Part shown: positions 45,657 through 59,970 of the stretch, in pieces
Numbering within the stretch: position 1 is the first letter of the stretch
Layout of the letters: each line of letters opens with the position of its first letter
Origin: the human T2T-CHM13v2.0 reference genome, Homo sapiens
Reading direction: 5' to 3' (one strand)
DNA: 64,000 bases
NCBI RefSeq assembly: GCF_009914755.1
Contig: NC_060926.1
Notes under the pieces: model-generated
The model's input: the letters and a program-made list of their open reading frames with translations, nothing else
Told to the model about the DNA's origin: nothing
Databases searched by the model: none
Made by a program: the position numbers and the translations under genes

Positions 45657-46241
45657 TGAAGCAGCTACATTATCTGGGGTATACACCTGGGGTTCTTCAT
45701 CTTGCACCAGAAATTTAGGAAATGGACACACATGAGGAGTTTAGGAGCAGAGGTTTAATAGGCAGATGAAAGAGAAAGTAAAACTGCGCTCTCTCTCTAT
45801 TGAGAGAGAGGTGACTTCCAACAGAAAAGATCAGCTGGTGGTGGATGTGCCAGATTTTATAGTCTGGCTTGAGGAGGTGGTGTCTGATTCACGTAGTGCT
45901 CACAGATTAGTTTGATCAAGTGTGACGTTTACATAGCATGTGGGGAAGACTGGCTGCCCCCCCATAATCTTATCAAGCAAATGAACTTTCCTCTTAGCCA
46001 GTGCCATCTGGTCTGCTCCTTATTGTACATGTGGCTGACAAAGAGAAGGGAAGATGGAGCTGCCATCTTGAACATGATTGGCACAGCTGCCAGCATCTAT
46101 GTCTGCAGTTTGACTTTACATGCTGCTGTTTCTTAGAAAGGAAAATAATTTGGAGCTGCTTTTCACTAAAAGGAAAACCTTGCTGAGGACTTCAGTACCC
46201 TCACTATCTGCCTAAGTAATTTCTTCTTAACTCCTGTATCA
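45657..46241 (-). mobile_element. LTR9/MER61-group 5' LTR (585 bp)
   Basis: Minus strand TGATACAGGAGTTAAGAAGAAATTACTTAGGCAGATAG...GCTTCA; TATAAAA at 45855-45861. Confidence 0.85.
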
Positions 46242-46495
46242 AAAATATCTTCAATTTATTTCCTTTCTTTCCTTTCTTTTTATCATGTGACATAAGATTT
46301 ATTAACTTCATATCAGCACTTAAGTGTTGCTAACTTTATGTAATAGTATTTAGGTTAAGGATTAGTGTGCTTCTGATTGTGCACAGGATAGCTGTATTAT
46401 GTTAGGCATAATTATGACCTTATTATTGTCTTTATTTAAAGATTATGTATGATCTCAGGAGATGTATATAGGTTCAACTTGACAGGGGGTGGACT
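46242..46495 (+). mobile_element. HERV-L internal 3' end with polypurine tract
   Basis: Ends 'gacagggggtggact' immediately before the LTR's TG. Confidence 0.8.
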
Positions 46496-47022
46496 TGTGA
46501 TGGTTAATATTGATTGTCAACTTGATTGGATTAAAGGATGCAAATATTGTTCCTGGTTGTATCTGTGAGGGTGTTGCCAAAGGAGATTAACATTTGAATC
46601 CGTGGATTAGGAGACACAGACCTACCCTCAATCTGGGTGGGCATCACCTAATCAGCTGCTAGCGTGGCTAGAATAAAGCAGGCAGAGCAATGTGGAAGAG
46701 CTTGAATTGCTGAGTCTTCCAGCCTTCATCTTTCTCCCATGCTGGATGCTTCCTGCCCTCAAACATTAGACTCCAAGTTCTTCAGCTTTTGGACTCTTGG
46801 ACTTACAGCAGTAACATTTGCTAGGGGCTCTTTGGCCTTCAGCCACAGACTGAACAGCTTCCATACATTTGAGGTTTTGGCTTCCTTGCTTCTCAGCTTT
46901 CAGACAGCCTATTGTGTGACTTCACCTTATGACTGTTTGAGTCAATACTCCTTAGTAAACTCTCCTTCATACATACATCTATCCTATTAGTTCTGTCCCT
47001 TTAGAGAACACTGACTAATACA
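46496..47022 (+). mobile_element. MLT2A (HERV-L) 3' LTR, complete
   Basis: tgtgatggttaata...ctgactaataca; proviral TSD gttgt (37591-37595) / attgt (47023-47027). Confidence 0.92.
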
Positions 47023-47440
47023 ATTGTGGTATATAATTCTTTTATACATTGGTAGATTTGATTTTCTAATATGTTGTTGAGGAATTTTGCATCCATGCTC
47101 ATCAGTGATATTGGTCTATAATTTTCTTGTAGTGTCTTTGGTTGTAATATTAGTGTGATGCTGGCTTCATAGAATGAGTTAGGAAATACTCCTTCTATTC
47201 CTATCTTATGAGAGTTTATTTAAAAATTGATATAATTTTCTCTTTAAATGTTTGATCAAATTCACCAGTGAGCCAGCCAGGCTGTGTGCTTTCTCTTTTG
47301 GAAGGTAATTATTGATTCAGTTTATTTAATATACATCTGTCTATTCAGATTATATATTTCTTCTTGTGGGAGTTTTGACAAATTCTCTCTTTTAATAAAT
47401 TTGTCCATTTCATTTAGGTTAACAAATTTGAGCACATAGA
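47023..47440 (-). mobile_element. Continuation of the L1M interrupted at 37595
   Basis: 'gctggcttcatagaatgagttagga', 'ttcaccagtgagcc'. Confidence 0.75.
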
Positions 47441-48274
47441 CTTATTTATCAAAGCCAGCTTTCCTGAGTATAGATTTGATAATTGATCATTTCAGCTTTG
47501 TTTAGAAAACACAAATGCACACACACAGACACACACCCCATATGAGTTATTTGTAATTTTCTATGATGTTTCCTTTAAAGTGGAATGAGACATAAGACAT
47601 TACAAAGTTTGGAAAGAAATCTGATTTCAGAACCTTTCTGAATAATACTTATTTCCTTTGGAATTTCCAACTTACAGTGATTTATTTTTACACCTGCTTT
47701 TTCAAATTAAGACTTTACACAACATTTACTTATATCTCATATAAAAATCTTTTATTGTGATTCTAATTCTTTGGTTTGCATACAATTTTTTATCAATTAT
47801 TTAATTATAATAAGACATAAAGGCGATACAAACAGTTGAGGAAAAAAACAACTGACTTTTCTAAGAATAAAACTAACTTGGTGGGAGCTGATGGAAGGAA
47901 ACAAGGATACAGGGTGAAAGGCAGAGCAAGCCCCGTGTCAGGAGCATAGATCTGAGGCAGTGCAAGAAATGATTCCATATTTCCACATTTTAAAAAGAGG
48001 ATAATATTTATTTTGAAAGAAATTCAAATATACATATTTACATATACCTATATACATACATACACAAATATAAACATATTTTTTCTTAAGCTGTACTATT
48101 CAAGAAATATAGTTATTAATTCAAGTAATGTGTGAATAATATTAAAATATTTGTTTTGACTAATTAGATACAAAATATTTTTATAGCATCTGTAATTTGA
48201 GAACTTTTTTTTGTTTATGGCTCAGAATATAGTCCTACTTAGTAAACATACCATATTTACTACAAGAATGGATA

Positions 48275-48455
48275 ATGCAGGGAATGAGGAGTTCTGTTTA
48301 ATGGGTAAGGAGTTTCAGTTTTGTAAGAGAAAAGATTCTGTGAATAGATGATGGTGATGGTGGTACAACAGTGTAAATGCACTTAATGCCACTGAACTGC
48401 ACACTTAAGATGGTAAACTTTAGTTGTGCATATTTTACAACTTAAAAAATAAATT
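48275..48455 (+). mobile_element. L1MB-type 3' end fragment
   Basis: 'ttaatgggtaaggagtttcagt...cttaatgccactgaactg'. Confidence 0.7.
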
Positions 48456-48469
48456 TAAAAATATTGTGG

Positions 48470-49120
48470 TGATATGGTTTGGCTGTGTCCCCATCTAAAT
48501 CTCATTTTGTAACTCCCATAATTCTCATGTGTTGTGGGAGGGACCTGGTGGGAGATAATTGAATCATAGAGGTGAGTCTTTCCTGTGCTGTTCTTGTGAT
48601 AGTGATGAGTCTCACAAGAGCTGATGGTTTTAAAATTGAGGGTTTCCGGCCGGGCGCAGTGGCTCACGCCTGTAATCCCAGCACTTTGGGAGGCCAAGGC
48701 AGGCTGATCATGAGGGCAGGAGATCGAGATCATGGTGAAACCCCATCTCTACTAAAGATACAAAATATTAGCCAGGTGCGGTGGTGGGTGCCTGTAGTCC
48801 CAGCTACTCAGGAGGCTGAGGCAGGAGAATGGCGTGAACCCGGGAGGCAGAGCTTGCAGTGAGCCGAGATCGCGCCACTGCACTCCAGCCTGAGCCGCAG
48901 AGCGAGACTCCGTCTCAAAAAAAAAAAAAAAAAAAAAAAAGAGGGTTTCCCTGCACAAGCTCTCTTCTCTGCCACCATATGAGATGTGCTTTTCACCTTC
49001 CACCATGACTGTGAGGCCTCCCCAGCCATGTGGCACTGTAAGTCCTATAAACCTTTTTCTTTTGTAAATTGCCCAGTCTCGGATATGTCTTTACTAGTGG
49101 CATGAAAATGGATGAATACA
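48470..49120 (+). mobile_element. THE1 (B/C-like) solo LTR interrupted by an Alu
   Basis: tgatatggtttggctgtgtcccc...gaataca; TSD tgtgg/ggtgg. Confidence 0.88.
48648..48940 (+). mobile_element. AluY with 12-bp left-arm deletion (Yd/Yc3 lineage)
   Basis: 'gagatcgagatcatggtgaaacc' lacks 12 nt; A24 tail; TSD gagggtttcc. Confidence 0.88.
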
Positions 49121-51478
49121 GGTGGCATCCATTCTGATATCCACCTCTGCTGTTCCAAATGCTTTTTATCTTCACTATTCTTTGTATACATTGCCCTTGT
49201 CCTGCTCGGTTTGGATTCTACTCCCAACAGTTATTCCACAAAGTGAGATTTCTCCCATGAATTGGAGTCTCACAGCCCACTCTGGGTTTCTCCTGCAGCT
49301 CTCAGCATGGACTGCGGAGTTTACCTGTGTGTCTGACAGCAGCTTAGGCTGGTGTGAATCTATTTCCTCCCTCTGCTTTCTACTGCATGGTTTCTGACCA
49401 CATAGGTTGTTAAATTATAGAGATTGGCCTCATCTGCTCCTATTTGTAGTTCATACGGATGCCTTGTCCCCTGATTTTATTGTAGATGTTGCCTGTTGGT
49501 TTTGGGTTTTACCATCCTAGTATTTGCCTCCTTTTATGTATTGATTTGGGAAGATTCATAACTATGCCCCCACAAACATTTTCCTAAGTAAGCTTTTCAT
49601 TTTTGTCATTCTTTTTCTTTGATTTCTGTTTTTGTCATCTTTCTTTTTCTTCTATCCTATTTATCAGTTTAAAAAACACAGCACTAAAATCAGAAAAACA
49701 AATCTTAACATAATGAATTGATAAAACAAGGATTTTTTTTTAAAAGCTCTTCTTACAGCATCTTCCCTAGACTTGCAAAATCTCTATACCTCCTGTCTTC
49801 TAGAACAAAAACATTTGGTGTTTAGGACAATGATCTTCATTTATTAGATATGTGAGGTTTTTATTAGATTTGGTCAGGAAAGTTGACTTATTTACACCTG
49901 TCCTTCATTAGCACGAATTAAAACAATATTTTAAGATCCATTTTTATTTAACTAAAAAGTATTCCTTAAGCGTCCTGATCAAGATTGCTTGTGTATTTGG
50001 TGGTAGTAAGTGACCATCCTATACAGCTCACCTGTGACTAAATTTAAGCTTCATTTTTCTATTTCTTCCAGTTCCTCCTTCTTCACTGGATGCCCTCAGT
50101 CCCTGCCCTTGTTCCCTGCATTTCCCAGCTCCTCCCAACCCCGCCATATGCTGTGTGGCCTGGAACACTGATTTGCTCACAGTGGGTGCCCCATGCGTTT
50201 TATTAGGAACAGAAATCCCTTTGTCTTTTCCAGTGCTGCTTTAAATAAATGGATGAAGACACTGGGCTGCTAAAATGTCAGTTCTCTTAAAGAATAAATT
50301 CTAAAGATGAAAACCATAATTTAACAATTATGGAAGGTTTTTGTCTTTTCATTGTTTCTAGCTGGTTCAACTTTGTTCACTGTGAAATTATCGTGTAAAT
50401 TAAAATGTCTGTTTCTCTTTGTTTTAGCTGAGTTAATGCTATTCAGAATTGTCTTGCAGATATTTAGAAATAGTAGCACTTTTGCACATCATTTGTGGAA
50501 GCATTTAATGCAAACTAATCTAGCTATTATCATCTGGAGCTGCAGGCTATAGATTATAGTGGATCTTTTTTAAAGGACTGGCAAATCTCTCTTATTAATG
50601 TAGAGGGACTTACAGTAAAGTGAGGCATTAAGATTCATGGGATTCCTGCCCCACTTTTGCTGAACCTGCTCAGCATACAATCCATAAATTAAATTATTTG
50701 AACACATGCGAAAGAGCAAGCTTCAGGAACAAAAAGGACAGCAAAATGATGGTGTTAGCCTAATTGCTGCACAGTCCAGACACAGCTCAGAATTACTGTA
50801 AAGATAGCCAAGAGACTTTAGAAGGACCTTGAGAAGAATACTCTCACTTTCCACTTTCTCTCCTCTCAAACTCTCTTCTCTCTCATACACACACACACAC
50901 CACAAACACCCACTTTGCTGATGCATTTTAAAACACCAAACTATAGTTTGCAGTGTGTTTTGTTCTAAAAGCAGCTGACTTTTGGAGAGAAATTATGGAA
51001 AAGAAAAGGTATTCATAGTGTAAAAGTTAACTAGACAAATCTTACGACACCAAATATTGCCTGTTTCTCTTGGACACATTTGTCTGTATCTTCAAGGCAA
51101 AAAGCCACACAAACAAGTTCCATCATTTTTCTACCAAAACATCAGCACTGAATTATCCTGATTCCAGTCTTCAGAGTGAGGTCGCCCTTGTCAAACTGCA
51201 ATAACTTCTTTTCATTTTTCCTACTCTGTTTTTCACACCAGGATGTATACCCTAAACTCAGGAGCAACTCACGTTGGTGCTAGATACATGAATGCGCTTG
51301 TTTATAACCTGTAATGAATGTCATAGTGACTCTTTAGAGTTTTCCCTCATCTGCTAATGCAGTTCAGGAAATCCATGGAAAATTTTTTCTCTACCCATTT
51401 TCCTATGCAAATAAATGTGTTATATATATATGTTTTTAGAGTGTATTTCTAGGTGTAGACCCTTTTTTTTAAAATCTA

Positions 51479-51817
<339 letters not shown>

Positions 51818-54039
51818 TTCTAGGAAATACCTGCTACTGGTCACCAATAGTTTCCTTGATCTTTAAAGCAGTGATGAGGAAGTGGGGCCCCAGCACCCTT
51901 ATATCCACACTTGTACCTAGTCTTGCAAACCCTGGGCTCCAGAAGAAAGGAAAAAGTGTCCTATGGTTTATCACTATTATTAGCATGTGGAAAAAGCCAG
52001 TGGTAACAGGAGTTGATAGTCAAAATCATGGCTCCTGGAAGCTTTCCAAAGTGGCCAGGCTTCCCAGTATTGTTCATTTTTTTTTTTTTGGGGGGGGGCC
52101 TTATATTAGCCTAAAAAGGATACAAGGAAATCCTGTGAATACAGATTTATCTGTGGTTTGTTTCCCAAATACAGGAGACATTAAGCCTGACTCATACAGG
52201 TGAGTGGCTGCTAAAAAAATGCCAGGACCATTGAGGAAAGGAAGCATCACACAACTGCACTTTAGATGCTCGGCCGCTCTGCTTGCCTTTCTGAGATGGA
52301 GTTCCCACCTGTAGACTTGGGTCCCTGTGGCGTGTTGTGGCAGGGAGCCCCTGTGAGGATCCCAGGGATCGGTATGGGCAGTAGACGTCATCTGCACAGG
52401 AGCACAGGCTTTTTCCTCCGCTTTCTACCTTCTTGAAATATAGGTCGTGTTGTCATTTAAAAAATACAAAACCATATAAGATTATAACTGGATTCTTAAC
52501 AACTGTCATCATCTGTTTCTCAATCAATAGTTGCTAAAACGGTAGGTATTATTTTGCAGAGCTTTTGACTTTTTTAATGACTTAAAGGTTCCCTCATGGT
52601 CAGGAAAGTCTGAAAATTTGAGTTTAGAATGTGGAGCCTTGAGAAGGTGCAGGGGGCCTCCTATGTGTGCCCTGGGATTCCCTTTGGACTCAGATTGGTT
52701 GTTGTCGCCAGGCTGCAAGGAGGAAGGAGGAGGAGGGTCCTGCAGGGTCTCTGAGGTGAACCAGCAGTTTTGCACCCAGCTATGATTTGTTTTGTCTGGT
52801 TAGCAAAAGAGCTCAAGGGTATACTTTCTAGCCATGTGCTCTTGATTGGTGAGCTTGAAATTTTTTATGGCAGGAACAAGTTAATGAGCTAAGGCATTTG
52901 GAGGTTTGCATAAACCCCTTTTCTTGCCTTCAAGAAATGAAAATGTCTTTTTACTCCAAGCTGAAATTGGCAAATATTAAGACATCACAGGATCTTTTTA
53001 AATGATAGTTTAATGTTTGCACATGACAATTGACCATACTATTTTCTGTGTGGAAATGAACGAAATCTTTGCAATTATGTGATTTGGACACACCTGAACT
53101 TACAATGCCCTAATTAAATATGTACCTTACAAATCCATACCAGATACTTCAGCTGTTTTTCATAAATTAGCTCCAGTCAAATAATAACAAAACTTCCTCT
53201 CAATAGAAAAAAGATGTCTGCTTTCAGGGCACTCTGAAAACCACCTCCCCCTTGAATGTGTTTTGTGTTTCCTGTCTGTACAGTTTAATCCCCAGAAGGA
53301 TGCTGGCTCAGATACCTGGGCCACCCCATCTTTTCATCAAATTATTGTAAGCACTTCCATTTTAAGCAGCGGAGTCTACAGAACACAACAATATTAATTT
53401 AGAAAAGTGAGCACTATCCTTTTTCTGTTTATTTTTCGTTACAACATCGTACTAGTTGTTTGGGCTCATTTGGTAGGTCATCTTGATCTTTTTCTTCTCT
53501 AAAGCTATAGTTGGCTCTCTGTGAGGCTGCAGTGTTATCACCCCCACACCTGGCCAGCTGCCTGGTTCGCGGTGAGCCTGCGGGTACAGGGATGGAAGCG
53601 TGCGGCTGGCGATTCCACTAGCGGGAATCTGAAACTCGCCGGCACTATTTCGCATCCAGCTTCTCGATTCATCCCACAGATTAATTCCTTGACTTGATTC
53701 GATGGAAATTTATTTATATGAAGGGCCTAATACTTTGCTATATGTACTTTGGTGAAATAAGAAAGAAAAAAGTCAGAGGGTGCTTGAACCCGGGCTGCTG
53801 CAAAGATGTGCCATGTTGGTTTGACCAGAAGGACCTGCACCAGTGTAGGAAGTCCTTTTCGAGCTCTGGAGTCAGAAAGACCATCTTTTGAATTCTCTGT
53901 TTCTTACTAAACGGCCATGTAGTCTTGGTGGCAAATATTTAACTTCTCTAGACCTCAGTTTTCTTGTCTATAAAATATACACTATTACAGCACTTATTTC
54001 ACTAGACTGCTGTGAGAATTAAATGAGTTAAAGTATTTA

Positions 54040-54860
<821 letters not shown>

Positions 54861-55467
54861 GGGTCGGGGCACTGGAAAGACTTGCTTGTTTTTTCTTTCT
54901 GGTGCTTTTTCTTTTTATCCAATTTCTTTTTCTACTTCCTTTTGATTCCCTTGAGCACTTCTCTTTCATCCTTGAGCACAACTGTGTTTTTCTTCAGTAA
55001 GTTCCTACCACTATAAGTATCAGGTGCAAGCCTGGTATGTTTTTTTCATGGAAAAAAAAACAGTTGTGGAAACCATTATCTTCTTAGCTTCAAAAGCATA
55101 GAGACCTTCCAGGGGAAGGTTTTGTTTTGCATCTTTGCCTGTTGCACAGCTCCGCAGTGCTTCACAAAGGACGGGTACATGGTGAACACTGGTGAACTTG
55201 GTTTAATTTTCCTTAACAGAGAAAAACATTTCTCACTTGCTAAAAGTACATAAGTTCAAATGATAACTTGAATTGATAATGAAATATTATTTCAAATGAG
55301 GTAAAAGCACCTTTTTCATTTTTGAGGAAATCTCAACTGTTGCCAGTGCTTCTGAGTCCTTCGAAGGGGAGGTGCAAATGCACACATACACCCACTGGAT
55401 TCACGTCTCAGGGAAAGTCTGTTTGCCCTTGAATTTCATGCAAATCAATAAAATAATGTTAAGTGCA

Positions 55468-55758
<291 letters not shown>

Positions 55759-56051
55759 TTAAGCGCATTTTTTATTTCACTGGGAGCATCTGAAATGTGC
55801 CTGGACTTCATGAGACAAATATTTCTGAGTTCACATAGTCAAATGTTGCTTTAAACCTTTGTTCACTTGCATTTTAGCATCACTCTAGTTGGAAGAATTA
55901 GAAATTAGAAGTGTGCAGGACTTAAGGATGCCCCCCAAAAAGATAATCAGTTTTACTAAGGGGTAGGAATATTGTCCTACAAGCAAAACTGAGAGAATGC
56001 TATGTAGTTCTAGAAATTCCAGAATGATTAGACATTTATGGAAGTATTTAC

Positions 56052-56284
56052 TTTTTTTTTTATTATGCTTTAAGTTCTGGGATACATGTGCAGAACGTGC
56101 AGGTTTGTTACATAGGTATACACGTTCCATGGTGGTTTGCTGCACCCATCAACCTGTCATCTACATTAGGTATTTCTCCTAATGCTATCCCTCCCCTTGC
56201 TCCCCACCTCCCGACAGACCCCAGTGTATGATGTTCCCTTCCCTGTGTCCATGTGTTCTCATTGTTCAACTCCCACTTATGAGT
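56052..56284 (-). mobile_element. L1PA7-like 3' stub flanked by ~78-bp direct repeats
   Basis: 'gatacatgtgcagaacgtgcaggtttgttacataggtata...cccacttatgagt'; flanks 55976-56053 and 56286-56362. Confidence 0.9.
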
Positions 56285-56399
56285 CCCTATAAGCAAAACT
56301 GAGAGAACTCTATGTAGTTCTAGAAATTACAGAATTACTAGACATTACAGAATTATTTACTTATTAACATTCACCAATGTGAGTATACATTATCACATT

Positions 56400-57270
56400 T
56401 GTCAGAATAATGAACGAAAGGTGAAAACATTATTATATAGACATACATAAAAGTTATTTGAAAAAGTTCCACACATTCATTATTCAAAAAAAAAGTCTTG
56501 GCAAGGTCTTAATAGAAGAAAACTGTCTCACGCAGATAATAAGTATTCATTTAAAAAATGTATTCAAAACTTCATCATTAGTGCTGACAATTTAGAATCG
56601 ATCACATTAAACTCAGCAATAATACAAACATGCCTATTATCCCTGCTTCTATTAAAGTTTATACTGATTTAACAAGACAAAAGTAAAAAAGCAATATAAG
56701 AATTAGATATGAGAGAGTACAATGTCTTTTTATGTAAGTGTGATTGTCTATAGACAAATCCAAAGTAATCAAATTGGCCTCCAGCACCTTTGCTGAGAGT
56801 GAGGCCAATACAAAAATCAATAGTCGCTTTATACACTAGTAATGACCACTGTAACAAAGATCCCATTCATGATTTCCACAATACTTATACAACTCTAGAA
56901 ATAAAACTACCAAATATGTGCAAAATCTTTACAGTGAAAATAAAATATGACTGAATATTTGAATACTCATTCCACTTTCATAGCTAGAAACAGTTTACCT
57001 TAAATCTATTAATACTTCCTAAGTCAGCCTTCTGATTGCATTAAATTGTGATGGAAATCTAAAACAAGTGTTTCATAGACCTTTGCAAACTAATCCTCAC
57101 ATTCACAGGGAAGAGCAGAATGGGAGGGATAGTTAGGAAACTGAAGGATTACAGGGGTGAGGAATTTGCCCTTCTAGCTATTGAGCTTTATAATAAGTCC
57201 CTAGTGATTGTTGTATTATTGCAGAAATGGAAACACACAACAATGAACAGAATACAGAGCTTAGAATTAG
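56400..57270 (+). mobile_element. Ancient L1M ORF2 fragment
   Basis: A-rich degenerate ORF2 motifs ('atacaaaaatcaatag', 'caatgaacagaatacagag'). Confidence 0.6.
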
Positions 57271-57396
57271 ACCACATTAGTATCCTAGGGTTGCAATGAC
57301 AAAGTACCAAAAACTAGGTGGCTTAAAACAACAAAATGTATTGCTTCACAGCTCTGGAAAGTAGAAGTCCCAAATCAGCAAGTCAGCAGAGCCATG

Positions 57397-57752
57397 TGAT
57401 ATGATTTTGTTGTGTCCCCACCCAAATCTCATCTTGAATTCCCACATGTTGTGGGAGGGACCCGGTGGGAGGTAATTGAATCATGGGGGCAGGTCTTTCC
57501 CATGCTATTCTCATGACAGTGAATAAGTCTCACGAGAGCTGATGGTTTTATAAGGGGGAATTTCCCTGCATAAGCACTCTCTCTTTGCCTGTTGCCATCT
57601 ACTTAAGACATGACTTGCTCCTCCTTGCCTTCTGCCATGATTGTGAGGCTTCCCCAGCCATGTGGAACAGTAAGATCATTAAACTTCTTTCTTTTGTAAA
57701 TTGCCCAGTCTTGGATTTGTCCTTATCAGCAATGTGAAAACAGACTAATACA
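57397..57752 (+). mobile_element. THE1B solo LTR
   Basis: tgatatg...cagactaataca; perfect TSD ccatg. Confidence 0.92.
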
Positions 57753-57969
57753 CCATGCACCCTCTGAAGACTCTAGGGAAAAACTGTCCTCACCCCTTCT
57801 AGTTTCTGGTACTGGCTGGCAGCTTTTGGCATTCCTTGACCTGTAGACACATCACTCCTATCTCTACTTCCATTGTCACATGGCTTTCTTCCCTGTGTGC
57901 CTGTGAGACTGAATTTGGGTCCTAATACAGTATGACTGGATCTTAATATGATTACATCTGCAAAGACCC

Positions 57970-58362
57970 TGCTGTGGTTTAAATGTGTTTTCTTTCCAAA
58001 ATTCTAATTCAAATGTAATTCCCGTTGTGGTAGTGTTAAGAGGTAGAGCCATTTAGAAAGTGATTAAGTCATGTGGGCAGAGCCTGGATTAATGCCCTTA
58101 TTAAAGAGGCTTAATAGAGTTCCCCTCTCTTGCCCTTCTGCTCACTGCCATGTGAGGACATGGCCTGATCCCTCTGGCAGATGCAGCAACAAGGCACCAT
58201 CTTAGAAGCAGCAATAAAGCCCTCGCCAGTCACTGAACCTGCTGGTGCCTGGATCCTGGACCCCCAGCCTCCAGAAGTATGGGAAATACATTTCTATTCT
58301 TTATCAATTACACAGCCTATAGTATTTTGTTATAATGCCATTATAACAAATAGACTAAGACA
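57970..58362 (+). mobile_element. MST (C/D-like) solo LTR
   Basis: tgctgtggtttaaatgtg...cagcaacaaggcaccatctt...agactaagaca. Confidence 0.8.
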
Positions 58363-59970
58363 TTAAATAAAGTCACATTCCCAGATACCAGAGATTACGA
58401 CTTGAACCTATCTTTTTGGGAAACATAATTAACCTACAACACAGACTTGGGTGTATACAGCATGTATTCAAAAAAAGGTTGCTTTGTATGTCTGTGGGTA
58501 AAAGCTGGCTAGTTGATAAAATAAATAGTGCTGGAAAATTTGGTTGTCAATATATGTCAAGAAAATGAGGATGCTTACCCAAGAGCGCATTCCCCAGGGA
58601 AGAAAGAGAATTTATTGGGGAAATGCTACATAGGCAAAATGTTAACAAGGGCATGGTGCCCCCACTGTGGGGCAGTGCATGGGGTTCCATCATGGCCAAC
58701 CATGAGATGTGATGAGGCTACTTTCTGGAAGGCAAAAGACGCATGATTAGGAGAAACCCCGGCTCTTTGCTGGGGTGATCAGGAGCTGGTCCCCATGGCT
58801 AGGGTATAATTGTATGGCATGGCACACACATAATCTTTATGCCTGCTCCACCACCTCTGTGCTTTCTCGGGCACAGATAACAATCCTGCCCAGAAGATAA
58901 ACTCCCCTGAATGGCATTGGTCCTGGACAAGTGAGCCCTTACCTCTCAATATGAAAAAATGAAAAGAAATTAAATTCCTACTTAACATCATACTGAAATG
59001 AAGGACAAGGGAATTACTGACTGACATGTGAGTGGCAAAACTTTAAAACTTTCAGAAAGTATAAGCAAATATCTTAACATCCATCTGAACCTCAGAAAAA
59101 GGGTTTCCTACAGGTGATGAAAGGGCAGTGTCAATGTTGTGCAATTCAGGACTAAAGCCAGAGCCCCTTGTTCAAGGTCAATTACACAGTTAGTGCACAG
59201 AAGGCACCAGGGGGTCATCTAGTTCATGCGCTTGTCTACCACATGGGGCTTCCAATTTATGCCTGGACATCCAGAGTCATCAGAATTACGCTCCTCAAGG
59301 GAACTTGTTGCTATATAAAAAATGATGATTCAGAACTTCCTTTTACTAAACTGAAACTTGCTTCAAGTTTTCCTCCAATCAAAGCTTTTTGAATCTCTAC
59401 ATGTGTCAGGAAATATGATGAATAAGATGTGTTCCCTGTCCTTAAGAGGCACTCATATTAGCAGGAGAGACAGATATATAAGGAGGTAAATTACCCATAA
59501 AGTGCTGAAGGAAGCAATAGAAATCTCTGGAAAACAGGAATAGAGTATGGATATTAATTAAATCAGAGAAGATCCATGGAGGAGGCAATATTTGTGCTAG
59601 CTTATGAAATGTAAATAAGACCATTGCAATTTGTATGTGTGTGTGTGCAAGTGTGTGTGTGTACAGGGTGGTAAAAATGGATTTTCAAATATTTTGTCCC
59701 AATAAAACCTTCAGATATTTGAAGGAAGTCATCAAGTGCCTGGAGATCTTGACATTGTAAACCAGTCATAGCAATTCAAAAATTATAACTTTTTACTATC
59801 TTCAGCTTAAACATCCCTTCTTTGAACTATGACTCATGTGATTTGATTTTTTAAGCATCTTTATTTTCTGTAAATACATAAACTCTATCAATCTCATTTT
59901 CAAAATTTAAAATTGCACTAGAAAAAATTATAAAGGAAGAAAAGGATTCCTCTAACTGCTCTGATCTGTT

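Larger units (their letters stand above)
57275..58443 (-). mobile_element. MLT1C-like LTR split by two younger MaLR LTRs
   Basis: Pieces 57275-57396, 57753-57969 and 58363-58443 are colinear. Confidence 0.75.
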
